Below, in pieces: positions 8,499 through 17,096 of a stretch of 64,000 nt of DNA (position 1 is its first letter; each line of letters begins with the position of its first letter). Location: the sequence record OR620964.1; one strand, written 5' to 3'. The translations under genes were made by a program, and so were the position numbers. A model generated the notes under the pieces. That model did no database searches and was not told the DNA's origin. It was given only the letters and a program-made list of their open reading frames with translations.

Positions 8499-8979
8499 AA
8501 AATGCGTCGCACTTGTTGCTCAGTGCTTTACGCTTGCTACAAGTTCTAAATCAAAACGACGAGCCTGTGGAGCACTGCTTGTTTGTGTACGTGAAGACGG
8601 TGTGCCCGTTGTTATCAGCTCTGGCATTAATGGTACTGCCCCTGGTGCAGATAATGCTTGTGAGCCACCTTGTCTGACATATACATTTGGTCATGTTGTT
8701 CACGCAGAGCCAAATTGTCTAGCTAACTTTGATTCTGATTTTGTGTTCACTGATAGACATATTCTGTTTGTATCGGATAGCCCGTGCCCACACTGCTTCA
8801 AGATAATTGCAGAGCGGGGTATTAAGCACGTTGTGTTCGGCAGGGGTTATCGTATTCAAGAGCATCTAACCGATGAGGTTCTGGCACTTCACGGTATGAC
8901 TCTGACTCAGGTAGATATGCAGAACGTGATTCAATATCTGTCTAACACTGTTACCAGAATTGAACAGGTGATTTGCTAA
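8476..8979 (+). CDS. dCMP deaminase
   Basis: GINGTAPG, zinc motifs HAEPNC and SPCPHC, GIKHVVF. Confidence 0.92.
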   Translation: MELPLSIEKCVALVAQCFTLATSSKSKRRACGALLVCVREDGVPVVISSGINGTAPGADNACEPPCLTYTFGHVVHAEPNCLANFDSDFVFTDRHILFVSDSPCPHCFKIIAERGIKHVVFGRGYRIQEHLTDEVLALHGMTLTQVDMQNVIQYLSNTVTRIEQVIC

Positions 8980-9134
8980 TGGAAAATGATATCTTCGGTG
9001 AGTTCGAGCGTAGCTTTCGACTAAGCAAGACAGAGCCTGTGAATCACATGCCAGTGCCTAAGTTTGGTAATCGTGCTGCTATTCGTTCGAAGCGTCGTGC
9101 GCAGAAACAGGCACGTAAACAAAACAGAAAATAA
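8979..9134 (+). CDS. small basic protein (51 aa), below the ORF-track cutoff
   Basis: MENDIFGEFERSFRLSKTEPVNHMPVPKFGNRAAIRSKRRAQKQARKQNRK; TAATG overlap; fills the gap between neighbours. Confidence 0.65.
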   Translation: MENDIFGEFERSFRLSKTEPVNHMPVPKFGNRAAIRSKRRAQKQARKQNRK

Positions 9135-9143
9135 GAGGATACT

Positions 9144-9647
9144 ATGCAGGTTGCATATCGCTGCCGTGCTTGTCGCCATGTGTATACAGGAATGGTAGCT
9201 GAGTGCGACTGTTCTACTGGCCAGAAGTTTCGTTACGTTGAGGTTCTCGTCTCTAACATTGTAACGAATAGAAACTTATCGGATGTTCCTAAGATAAGTG
9301 ACCTCAAGTTTACCAAAGGGCCTTGGACAAAACGAAATCCAAGCATGTATGCAAATACAGTGAGTGCATTATCTGTTGATGCCGATGAATCAGGTCAGTA
9401 TAGACAGAAGCCAATTGCTCAGGTGATGAGTACCTATAGTGGACGGGATAGATCGCAAGAGGATAAAATAGAAGCCTCTGCCAATCTCGCGCTTGTGTCG
9501 GCCGCACCAGAGTTAATTGAATGCTGCTATATCTTACGTGCCCAGATGATGCGCCGCGTTGCTGCTGATCCTACAAATGTGGATGCACAAAAGACGCTGG
9601 AATTTGTAAATACAACTATCAGTAAAGCAACTACATTAGAGGAATAA
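9144..9647 (+). CDS. phage protein with N-terminal CxxC/CxC cluster and TxGPW...ANxxLxAAAPEL motif
   Basis: CRACRH..ECDC; FTKGPW; ANLALVSAAPELIE, a motif pair common in phage accessory proteins. Confidence 0.75.
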   Translation: MQVAYRCRACRHVYTGMVAECDCSTGQKFRYVEVLVSNIVTNRNLSDVPKISDLKFTKGPWTKRNPSMYANTVSALSVDADESGQYRQKPIAQVMSTYSGRDRSQEDKIEASANLALVSAAPELIECCYILRAQMMRRVAADPTNVDAQKTLEFVNTTISKATTLEE

Positions 9648-9650
9648 GCA

Positions 9651-10199
9651 ATGAAGTATATTGTGTTTATGCAAAAGATTGAGGGCATTGAGACGCGCCT
9701 GATGTCTGTATTATTCGATGAGCATTTTGTTCATCGAGATATTGCTAAAGGCATTGACCTGCATGGTACTATTGAGACCCGTGACTTAGGTGATGTCACT
9801 ACGTATCAGGCAGTCAGTGCTGGGTTCTATAACCCTAGTACGCATACGTGTAGCGGCAAGAGTGATTCGCTTGGACTAAAATCTGAACCAATGCGTGATG
9901 CACATATCATCCGTAGTGGTATCAGACATATAGAGCCAGAAGCTCCAGTACCGACGGGACCAGCGCTATCCGAGCACAACAAAAGTGTATTACGCAGAAC
10001 GTTTGATCCAAACACGCTAGTTGTTATATCTTATATACTAGAGCATAGAGTTAACCTAGACGGACAAGCTGTGGATGTAGAAGCAATAACGCTTGTTGCA
10101 AATGGTAAGCAAGTTTCCATTTCACCTATGCAGGGATTCCGTATTGGTGATGCCTTTGTTGTTCAAGCTGATGGATCTCTAAGGGATATGCCGCGATGA
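9651..10199 (+). CDS. hypothetical protein
   Basis: 182-aa ORF with GAGG RBS; ends GSLRDMPR. Confidence 0.75.
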   Translation: MKYIVFMQKIEGIETRLMSVLFDEHFVHRDIAKGIDLHGTIETRDLGDVTTYQAVSAGFYNPSTHTCSGKSDSLGLKSEPMRDAHIIRSGIRHIEPEAPVPTGPALSEHNKSVLRRTFDPNTLVVISYILEHRVNLDGQAVDVEAITLVANGKQVSISPMQGFRIGDAFVVQADGSLRDMPR

Positions 10200-10202
10200 G
10201 TA
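10172..10202 (+). repeat. 31-bp direct repeat, copy 1
   Basis: TGGATCTCTAAGGGATATGCCGCGATGAGTA; one mismatch to 10714-10744. Confidence 0.9.
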
Positions 10203-10738
10203 GCTCGGAGGGTACCATGAAAGAAGAACATATTACTGAACTGCGTACACGTCTGGCTAAGGCTCTAGGTTATGTATACGTAGCAGGTAGACGTGTGATG
10301 AGCGGTATACCCGCATCCGGCCTTGACCATTATGACGATGTGGATGGGAATCTAGTCTGCATGGTTTCTGACTGGCTGCCAGACTCACCTGATAAAATTC
10401 TTCAGGTGATTGAACGTTACGGTCTATCGGTAGAACGTGCTGCACTTCCTAATCAGCGTCCTATGTGTGCAAGCGACGTCAAGTGGGAATATTGTGTATG
10501 GTCTCGCATGACAATGTATCGTACTCTCTCGGCTGACCCATTCGGATATCGTCTGCCAGCAAGACCAAGAGTACGGGCGAAAGACATAACGACTGCTGTG
10601 CTAACTTGGGCCGTGCTACGGGCTGAACATGTACTCGCCTTGAAGCAAGAAGCACCGTCCTCAGATCAATACAACTTTGATCGTCTAGCAGAAAAAGTTT
10701 ATGTATCAAAAGCTGGATCTCTAAGGGATATGCCGTGA
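10196..10738 (+). CDS. hypothetical protein flanked by 31-bp direct repeats
   Basis: 180-aa ORF, ATGA overlap; ends GSLRDMP like the upstream gene. Confidence 0.75.
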   Translation: MSSSEGTMKEEHITELRTRLAKALGYVYVAGRRVMSGIPASGLDHYDDVDGNLVCMVSDWLPDSPDKILQVIERYGLSVERAALPNQRPMCASDVKWEYCVWSRMTMYRTLSADPFGYRLPARPRVRAKDITTAVLTWAVLRAEHVLALKQEAPSSDQYNFDRLAEKVYVSKAGSLRDMP

Positions 10739-10744
10739 TGAGTA
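10714..10744 (+). repeat. 31-bp direct repeat, copy 2
   Basis: TGGATCTCTAAGGGATATGCCGTGATGAGTA. Confidence 0.9.
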
Positions 10745-10845
10745 TAGAAGGCATTGTGCTAGGTACTATAATCTGTGTAGGTGTTGTATGGGTTCTCATC
10801 CATGAATATCTAACACGTAAAAACAAACCAACTAACGGACAGTAA
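10738..10845 (+). CDS. small membrane protein (35 aa)
   Basis: MSIEGIVLGTIICVGVVWVLIHEYLTRKNKPTNGQ; TGATG overlap; one hydrophobic helix and a basic tail. Confidence 0.6.
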   Translation: MSIEGIVLGTIICVGVVWVLIHEYLTRKNKPTNGQ

Positions 10846-10850
10846 AATTT

Positions 10851-11948
10851 ATGTCTCATATTTTTGATTTACGTAATGACGACCACTTCTTTCAATACTC
10901 ACTGGACAATGTAGACTGTCAGTATATGGATCTGGTTAATGCTATTCTGACCGAAGGCACAAAAGAAGCTGATCCGAAACGCAGTGAAGATACTTGGACG
11001 ATGTTACCATCTATCTCTATGACGTTGCGCAATACAGCCATGGCCTTTCCAGTCCTACTATCTAAGCGTACCCGTTACGTGCCAGCTATTGATGAGACGT
11101 GCTGGTTCATGCGCGGTGAGACAAACATCGAGACTCTTAACTCTCGCATATGGGATGAATGGGCAGACGAGTCAGGTGATTGCGGTCCTATCTATGGTTA
11201 CATGTGGCGCCACTGGCCAGATGTAAAAGCATTCCAAGACTTCACTAAGCCATCTGCTGTTTGTCCGTCGGCCGATGCTATCCGTATTCGCAACGAGATT
11301 ATTCGTATGCGCGCCGCTGGATACAAAGAGACTCAGTTGGCTGATGGGCGAATCCTATTTGAAGGTGAAATTGATCAGTTGTTAAATGCACTGAATGCTT
11401 GTGTTGCGCATGACCGTTCTCGTCGTATTAAAGTTGAAGCATGGAATCCTGGGTACATCCATATGCAGGGCCTTCCTCCGTGTCACACTGGTTTTGAATT
11501 CAACGTAACCAAAACTACTGACTATGAGCGTAAGGCAATGGAAGCTATGGGCCATACTGCTTACGAGGATTCGTTACATCTTACTGCCACAATGAGGAGT
11601 CAAGATGTGGCACTTGGAAGAAGTTTTAACATTATTGGCTATACTACGATGCTCCACCTGTTCGCCAAGTATAGCAAGCTAAATATCGGTAGCTTTACGT
11701 TGAACACTTCTAACACGCATGTTTATGACCATCACCGTGAAGGTCTTGAGACACAGCGTAAGCAGTTCCAAGAAATTTTGGACGTTGTGCGGTCTACTGG
11801 TAAGCCTATGCAGTATCCTGTCCTGCATGTTCACGATGATATCATGAAGATGGAGCCAAAAGAAATGCTGGATAGCATTACCAAAGATCATTTTCTTGTT
11901 GAAGGCTATCTGTCTATGCCTGAGATCAAATTCCGCGTCACCAAATAG
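10851..11948 (+). CDS. thyA: thymidylate synthase (ThyA type) with insertions
   Basis: IWDEWAD, GPIYGYMWRHWP, DQL, SRRI...WNP, catalytic LPPCH, RSQD..LG..FNI, HVYDHH. Confidence 0.95.
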   Translation: MSHIFDLRNDDHFFQYSLDNVDCQYMDLVNAILTEGTKEADPKRSEDTWTMLPSISMTLRNTAMAFPVLLSKRTRYVPAIDETCWFMRGETNIETLNSRIWDEWADESGDCGPIYGYMWRHWPDVKAFQDFTKPSAVCPSADAIRIRNEIIRMRAAGYKETQLADGRILFEGEIDQLLNALNACVAHDRSRRIKVEAWNPGYIHMQGLPPCHTGFEFNVTKTTDYERKAMEAMGHTAYEDSLHLTATMRSQDVALGRSFNIIGYTTMLHLFAKYSKLNIGSFTLNTSNTHVYDHHREGLETQRKQFQEILDVVRSTGKPMQYPVLHVHDDIMKMEPKEMLDSITKDHFLVEGYLSMPEIKFRVTK

Positions 11949-11957
11949 GGGACTGCT

Positions 11958-12896
11958 ATGATTACTGTGCTTGATTTTAAAAATGGTCATAACTGCGCTA
12001 GTGGCTTAATAGTAAAAAGTGATACTCCGCTACCAGAAGCTGTAGACCATACGCTGCTGTATCCATTCTTACAGTTAACGAACGTGACATTCACACCAAT
12101 GCTCGATGCAGATCCTTCCGTGTATGCCATGACGTGGGCCTCATGGATGATAGCACCTGAGGTTAGTGAAAAATATGGAAGACGTGTAGAACCTTATATT
12201 GAAGCAGACATTCGTAAAACTGTTAATGTTAGTACGAGCGCACATAAGTTCCTATCTGATCTGGACGACACTGCGGCTCAGGCAAGCACTGACTCTATTC
12301 ATATTTCATTCAACTACTTTGGCGGTGATGAAATACAGATGAATATCGATGACGCTGGAAATAAGCGTACTCAGCATCTGTCTGCTACCCGTCTATATAA
12401 ACACTTCTTGATATCCAACCGCGTTAACGTTGGAAGTCGTGCGCAGGAAGATGCCAGCCTACCACTAAGTTTTTATGTGACGTGTACATCGGCGAATACT
12501 GATGATAGATTTACTACGTTAGGCACACGTATTAATAATCGTCTATTCGATATCCAAAATGAACATGATCAGATACACGCGCTCGTCGCCTGTGTTGACA
12601 TTGATCATGCTATCAGAAAATCTGAACTTGAGATTCTCATGGTGTTGCGTGACAGTGATACGCCAGCCATGCGCATGAATATACCACAAGACTTCTTAGT
12701 ATGGCTGGCAGTCCATGATCTTGTGCTGGAGCCAGAGATTCAGTATACGGATGAAGGTAAAATCCATGGCGCACGTCTACCTCAGTATCAGCATGTTATT
12801 GATGCACAAGGCAGCGCCGCTGATCTTCAATTCAAGACTATCTACCTGATTGAGTCGATGGATGAGTTGAAGCGTGGCGAGTATACTATCTACTGA
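11958..12896 (+). CDS. hypothetical protein
   Basis: 312-aa ORF directly after thyA; no motif recognised. Confidence 0.8.
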   Translation: MITVLDFKNGHNCASGLIVKSDTPLPEAVDHTLLYPFLQLTNVTFTPMLDADPSVYAMTWASWMIAPEVSEKYGRRVEPYIEADIRKTVNVSTSAHKFLSDLDDTAAQASTDSIHISFNYFGGDEIQMNIDDAGNKRTQHLSATRLYKHFLISNRVNVGSRAQEDASLPLSFYVTCTSANTDDRFTTLGTRINNRLFDIQNEHDQIHALVACVDIDHAIRKSELEILMVLRDSDTPAMRMNIPQDFLVWLAVHDLVLEPEIQYTDEGKIHGARLPQYQHVIDAQGSAADLQFKTIYLIESMDELKRGEYTIY

Positions 12897-12963
12897 TAGT
12901 GCGAAGCCTATTGAAATCTTAAAATAACCCTGTCAAGGACGACAATAACCTATTGGAGTACGT

Positions 12964-13623
12964 ATGAATATCCCAGCATCTGGTCAATTACCTTTGGTCT
13001 ATATCGATAGACAATATATTAGTTCTAAATACAATGATGGAAAGTTCCGCGCAACCTGTGAAGTGCGCTCATGTGTAGTTGATGGCTCCTCTATTATTGG
13101 CATTGAAGACTTCTGCGCCAACTCTAAGCAAGAACTGGACAGCGCGATTGACAACTGGTCTACTGAGACCATGAAGCATATCAATCAGAAACTTAATCCA
13201 GTTGGCCGTGAAGCTGTGATTGCTGATATCTTAGAGCAGTTCAAGCAAGAGTTCCATAAGGCGGAACGTGTACACCCTGTGTGGTCTACTGATCCTATTT
13301 ATGCTGCTGCAATTCTCGGAGAAGAGACTGGCGAGACTATTCAAGCAGCACTTAACTTTGTACAGGATGGTGGTACTGAGGAGCAACGAAAATTCATTGG
13401 CGAAGAAGCTGTTCAGGCTGGTGCTATGGCTCTGCGTCTTATCATTAACCTTGATCGCCTTGATGCTTCTCGTGTTGCTGGCTATAGTGTCAGCGACTCA
13501 CATCTTCGCTCTCTTATAGATCACCTAAGTGCGAACGCAAGCCCTGATGTACTTGCGGCGCTTGGGTCTTTCCGTAAACTGATCGATAATCCAGATTTGC
13601 CTGCTGTTCCTTATACAGAGTAA
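12964..13623 (+). CDS. MazG-like NTP pyrophosphohydrolase domain protein with possible HicB-like N-terminus
   Basis: AAILGEETGETIQAALN...GEEAVQAGAMALR is the all-helical EExxE...EE pattern; N-terminal FRATCEV..IIGIEDFCANSKQEL weakly HicB-like. Confidence 0.6.
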   Translation: MNIPASGQLPLVYIDRQYISSKYNDGKFRATCEVRSCVVDGSSIIGIEDFCANSKQELDSAIDNWSTETMKHINQKLNPVGREAVIADILEQFKQEFHKAERVHPVWSTDPIYAAAILGEETGETIQAALNFVQDGGTEEQRKFIGEEAVQAGAMALRLIINLDRLDASRVAGYSVSDSHLRSLIDHLSANASPDVLAALGSFRKLIDNPDLPAVPYTE

Positions 13624-13689
13624 TTTAAGCTACGACAAATCTGAGGCTTGGTTCTGCAAATGGTAATTAAGCCTCACAGGAGAACTAGC

Positions 13690-14004
13690 ATGAATCCATT
13701 CCGTATTATAGGACGCGATAAGCCAAAGCCAGGGCAGTATTTCAACGTAGGCATGACGAAGCACATTCGAAACTATTTCCCGCTCATTGGTGATATGGAA
13801 TGTGTATTAGAGTTCGCACCAGAAGAGTTCAATGCTATGATCCGCGAGACAGTGGATGTAACGGCAAAAGATTCTGTAGGAGAACTTGAAATAACTACAG
13901 CTATCGTTATAGGCGGTAAGATTACGGTCAAGTTCCAGCGACCAGCTACTGCAAATACGTGTGTCAAAGTTATGTGGGATGAGAACTACCTGTATAACTT
14001 CTGA
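13690..14004 (+). CDS. hypothetical protein
   Basis: ATG 13690 after AGGAG; 104 aa. Confidence 0.7.
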   Translation: MNPFRIIGRDKPKPGQYFNVGMTKHIRNYFPLIGDMECVLEFAPEEFNAMIRETVDVTAKDSVGELEITTAIVIGGKITVKFQRPATANTCVKVMWDENYLYNF

Positions 14005-14068
14005 TAATTCTGTAAAGACATAATGTGATTGCTTTGTGTTAAAGCATCGTTTGACGAGAACAACCAAC

Positions 14069-14815
14069 ATGACAGATAAGCTAAAGAAAAAGGTGAAAGT
14101 TAAAGGGAAAGAAGAACTGGCGCCTAAGAAGAAAAAGTCGAAAGACAAGCCAGTCAATAAAGCTGTTGGTAAGCCTATTACTAGCATCAAGCAACTTAAA
14201 GGTGCTAAGTATAACCCACGGTTTATTACTGATACGCGACTCAAGTCGTTAGAAAGTTCTATCAGCTCTTTCGGCGATTTGTCAGGTGTTGTATTCAACA
14301 ATAACATTGATTCTGGTGTTCTTATCTCTGGCCACCAGCGTATTGCCTCCATTGCAAAGTGGAAGACACGAGTTGAAGTACAGAAAACGACTGATGCGCA
14401 TGGTACTGTTGGCGTTGGATTTATTCATGCCACCAATCCTAAGTCTGAAAAGACAATCAGTATCCCTTTGCGTATTGTTAACTGGTCAGACAGAAAAGCT
14501 GAGTATGCTGCTAACATCGCGGCAAATGCTCATGGTGGTGAATTCGATAACAGTAAGCTGGCTGCTCTGGTTGAGAAACTGGATATGGATAAAATGCCAA
14601 GCTCGTTAATCGGATTAGACCCTTTGCAACTTCGTGGCCTACGTCAACGCCTTGGTCGTGATGCAGAAGCAATCGAAGCTGCGGCTAATGCTAAGAAGGC
14701 ACCGTCTGGTAAGCAGAATGGATCTACCGGTAAGTTTAAAGAATATACAACTGATGACGTCGAGGCTGAATTACAGCATCGTTGCCCACGTTGTGACTTC
14801 CGGTTTAACTCGTAG
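14069..14815 (+). CDS. ParB/Srx-like domain protein with C-terminal CxxC
   Basis: LKGAKYNPR, SISSFGDLSGVVFN, LISGHQRI, ANIAANAHGGEFD, terminal HRCPRCDFRF. Confidence 0.8.
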   Translation: MTDKLKKKVKVKGKEELAPKKKKSKDKPVNKAVGKPITSIKQLKGAKYNPRFITDTRLKSLESSISSFGDLSGVVFNNNIDSGVLISGHQRIASIAKWKTRVEVQKTTDAHGTVGVGFIHATNPKSEKTISIPLRIVNWSDRKAEYAANIAANAHGGEFDNSKLAALVEKLDMDKMPSSLIGLDPLQLRGLRQRLGRDAEAIEAAANAKKAPSGKQNGSTGKFKEYTTDDVEAELQHRCPRCDFRFNS

Positions 14816-14824
14816 GATAATCGT

Positions 14825-16903
14825 ATGGTAATCAAACCACCTACAATGAAAGAGATCAACGCGCTGGAGAAACCTTGGCGCGGTATGAGCTTCTTTGCTG
14901 GATGCGGCGGCTCCAGTACAGGTCACAAGATGAGTGGCGTTAATATTCTGATTGCAAATGAGTTCGTAGACTCGGCGCGGTTATCATATGAAGCAAACCA
15001 TCCGACGACTAAAATGCTGCCGCAGGATATTCGCCGCTTAGACCCAGCTAAGATTTTGAAGTATCTGGGCCTTAAGAAAGGTGAATTGGATTTGCTTGAT
15101 GGTAGTCCTCCTTGCTTCACAGAAGAGACACTCATTCAGACACGTAGTGGCATGAAGTACATCAACCAAATAGTAGTTGATGACTTTGTTCTTACGCACA
15201 AGCAGCGCTATCGCCGTGTCGTTGAGCCTATGCGTCGCCAGTACACAGGACTAATGCATAAGATTGTTAGTTCTGTAAGTGAGAACAATGCTACACCTGA
15301 ACATCCGTACTATATTCGTCGTATGGAAAATGATGTGCTGTCTGAGCCACAGTGGGTAGATGCAAGAGACGTTCGTGTTGGCGATAAGGTAGCTATTCCT
15401 ACTAGCACACACGCGACTGCTGATCTATCTGAGTGCTCTCAACAGATTCGCCAGTGGGCACAGCATGATGAGTTCTGGTGGTTAGTAGGTCAGTGGGTAG
15501 CTAACGGTAGTATGTCTCGTTGTGGAACACACCGAGCTATTCGTTTTCGTACACACAGCTCCCGTGGTAATCAATTGCTTGAGCAGGCGCTCGACCTGCT
15601 GGAGCTAACATCTATTCAGACTGCGTACTGTGGCGGTAAGTATATAGAGCGCTTTGTTATGAATGAAGAACTGGCAACATTCTTCAAGCTGTTCCTAACA
15701 GATAGTGCTCAAGCCCGACAGATACCAGGCTTTGTTTTAGACTTACCTGACAGGTCACAGCGGCAATTTGTATTCGGCTATCAGTCTCGCTGCTATGAGT
15801 CTACTTTTGGTAAGGCGCTTGTCGTACAAACACGCAGTCTTCCTTTCATGACTGCTATGCGTCACCTAGTTGCTTCTGCGTTCAAGTGCCCGCTGTTTAG
15901 TTTCAATACGCAAGCAGCACCAGAAGAACTTCCTGTTAGTAACTTCACTTATCTACCTGAATCCGAGTGCGGCCAGTGGGTAAACCACCAAGCAGTATTC
16001 TTTATTCAGGAAGAAGATCGTGGTTTTATTCGCGATGCTGATGACTTACTTTGGGTTGATGTGCTGGCCAATACGCAATATGAATCTAGTGTGCAGGTAT
16101 ATAACTTTAGTGTATCACAGGATGAGACGTATGTTGCGACGAATACAGTCGTGCACAACTGTAAGGGGTTCTCTTCTGCTGGCGTTAAAGAGGAAGGCTG
16201 GGGACGGGAAGTAAAATATAGCGAGGATAAAGTCCAACACGTCGATGACCTGTTTGATGAGTTCTGCCGTATGCTTAGTGGTACAATGCCTAAAGTATTT
16301 ACGGCAGAGAATGTAAGTGGTCTGGTTAAAGGTGTGTCTCGTGGATTCTTCATTGAGATAATGAAAGAGTTTGATCGTATCGGATATAAAGTTCGAGCAC
16401 CTTTGATGAATGCTGCTTGGCTTGGCGTACCACAATCGAGAGAGCGTATTCTCTTTATGGGTGTGCGTAAGGATATACCGTTTGATGTGCCTGATGTTGA
16501 GGTTCAAGATACGATAGCCATTCTTGCAGATGCCTTGCCTCACATTGCTGCGTTTAAGGGAATCAGGAATGATATGATTACCTACATTCCTGCAATTAAC
16601 AGTCCGTGCAAGACAATAACAGCAACGGATAGTACGGCATATGAAACAGCACGTTTCAGTACCGCGGGCTTTATCGAAACTATGGAAGGCAAGCGCCGCA
16701 AGCTAACCATTGAAGAACTTAAAGTTATTTCTGGTATGCCTTCTGACTATAAGTTAGTTGGTACTTTCGAGCAACAATGGGAACGACTTGGTCGTGTCTG
16801 TGTTCCGCAGATGACACACGCTGCGTCTAAGGCACTTATCGAGCATGTGTTGATTCCTTATGCGAAGAAGCGTAAGAAGAAAGTTGGGGATATCTTCCGA
16901 TGA
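14825..16903 (+). CDS. C5-cytosine DNA methyltransferase-family enzyme with intein; predicted cytosine carboxymethyltransferase (CmoX-like)
   Basis: Motif I FFAGCGG, ANEF, motif IV GSPP|C (split by the intein), VI AENV, VIII PQSRER, IX R.LTIEELKVISGMP; motif X reads LGRVCVP instead of GNSV/GNAV (Arg codon 16793-16795). Confidence 0.88.
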   Translation: MVIKPPTMKEINALEKPWRGMSFFAGCGGSSTGHKMSGVNILIANEFVDSARLSYEANHPTTKMLPQDIRRLDPAKILKYLGLKKGELDLLDGSPPCFTEETLIQTRSGMKYINQIVVDDFVLTHKQRYRRVVEPMRRQYTGLMHKIVSSVSENNATPEHPYYIRRMENDVLSEPQWVDARDVRVGDKVAIPTSTHATADLSECSQQIRQWAQHDEFWWLVGQWVANGSMSRCGTHRAIRFRTHSSRGNQLLEQALDLLELTSIQTAYCGGKYIERFVMNEELATFFKLFLTDSAQARQIPGFVLDLPDRSQRQFVFGYQSRCYESTFGKALVVQTRSLPFMTAMRHLVASAFKCPLFSFNTQAAPEELPVSNFTYLPESECGQWVNHQAVFFIQEEDRGFIRDADDLLWVDVLANTQYESSVQVYNFSVSQDETYVATNTVVHNCKGFSSAGVKEEGWGREVKYSEDKVQHVDDLFDEFCRMLSGTMPKVFTAENVSGLVKGVSRGFFIEIMKEFDRIGYKVRAPLMNAAWLGVPQSRERILFMGVRKDIPFDVPDVEVQDTIAILADALPHIAAFKGIRNDMITYIPAINSPCKTITATDSTAYETARFSTAGFIETMEGKRRKLTIEELKVISGMPSDYKLVGTFEQQWERLGRVCVPQMTHAASKALIEHVLIPYAKKRKKKVGDIFR
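15113..16159 (+). mobile_element. intein (349 aa) with degenerate LAGLIDADG homing-endonuclease region
   Basis: Starts CFTEETLIQTRSG, block B TPEHPYY, block F VYNFSV, ends VVHN followed by +1 Cys; middle WWLVGQWVANGS and QFVFGYQSRC resemble eroded LAGLIDADG blocks. Confidence 0.93.
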
Positions 16904-17019
16904 GTTTATCAACGATCGGCATTGTCTTTGCTTGCTTTATCGTCGGCGCCTTTTTAGGCGTCGTATTGTTTGTGCGTGGCATTGCAGCCGCGTTCTCTGG
17001 TTGTAAGTTTTTCCGCTAG
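16900..17019 (+). CDS. small membrane protein (39 aa)
   Basis: MSLSTIGIVFACFIVGAFLGVVLFVRGIAAAFSGCKFFR; ATGA overlap with the transferase stop. Confidence 0.6.
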   Translation: MSLSTIGIVFACFIVGAFLGVVLFVRGIAAAFSGCKFFR

Positions 17020-17096
17020 TGGCAATCAGTACCTACCTTTTGAAGACGCTGCGATATGAAGGGAGGACATCCGTTCTCCTAGAAAGGTAGATCATT

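Noticed and set aside
10851-11948. ThyA homologue as a dCMP hydroxymethylase
   Set aside because: Retains the dUMP-specifying Asn (FNI) and canonical ThyA motifs
13807-14352. Hydrophobic minus-strand ORF resembling a membrane protein
   Set aside because: Antisense mirror of the Lys-rich ParB N-terminus; no RBS, opposite to the local gene direction
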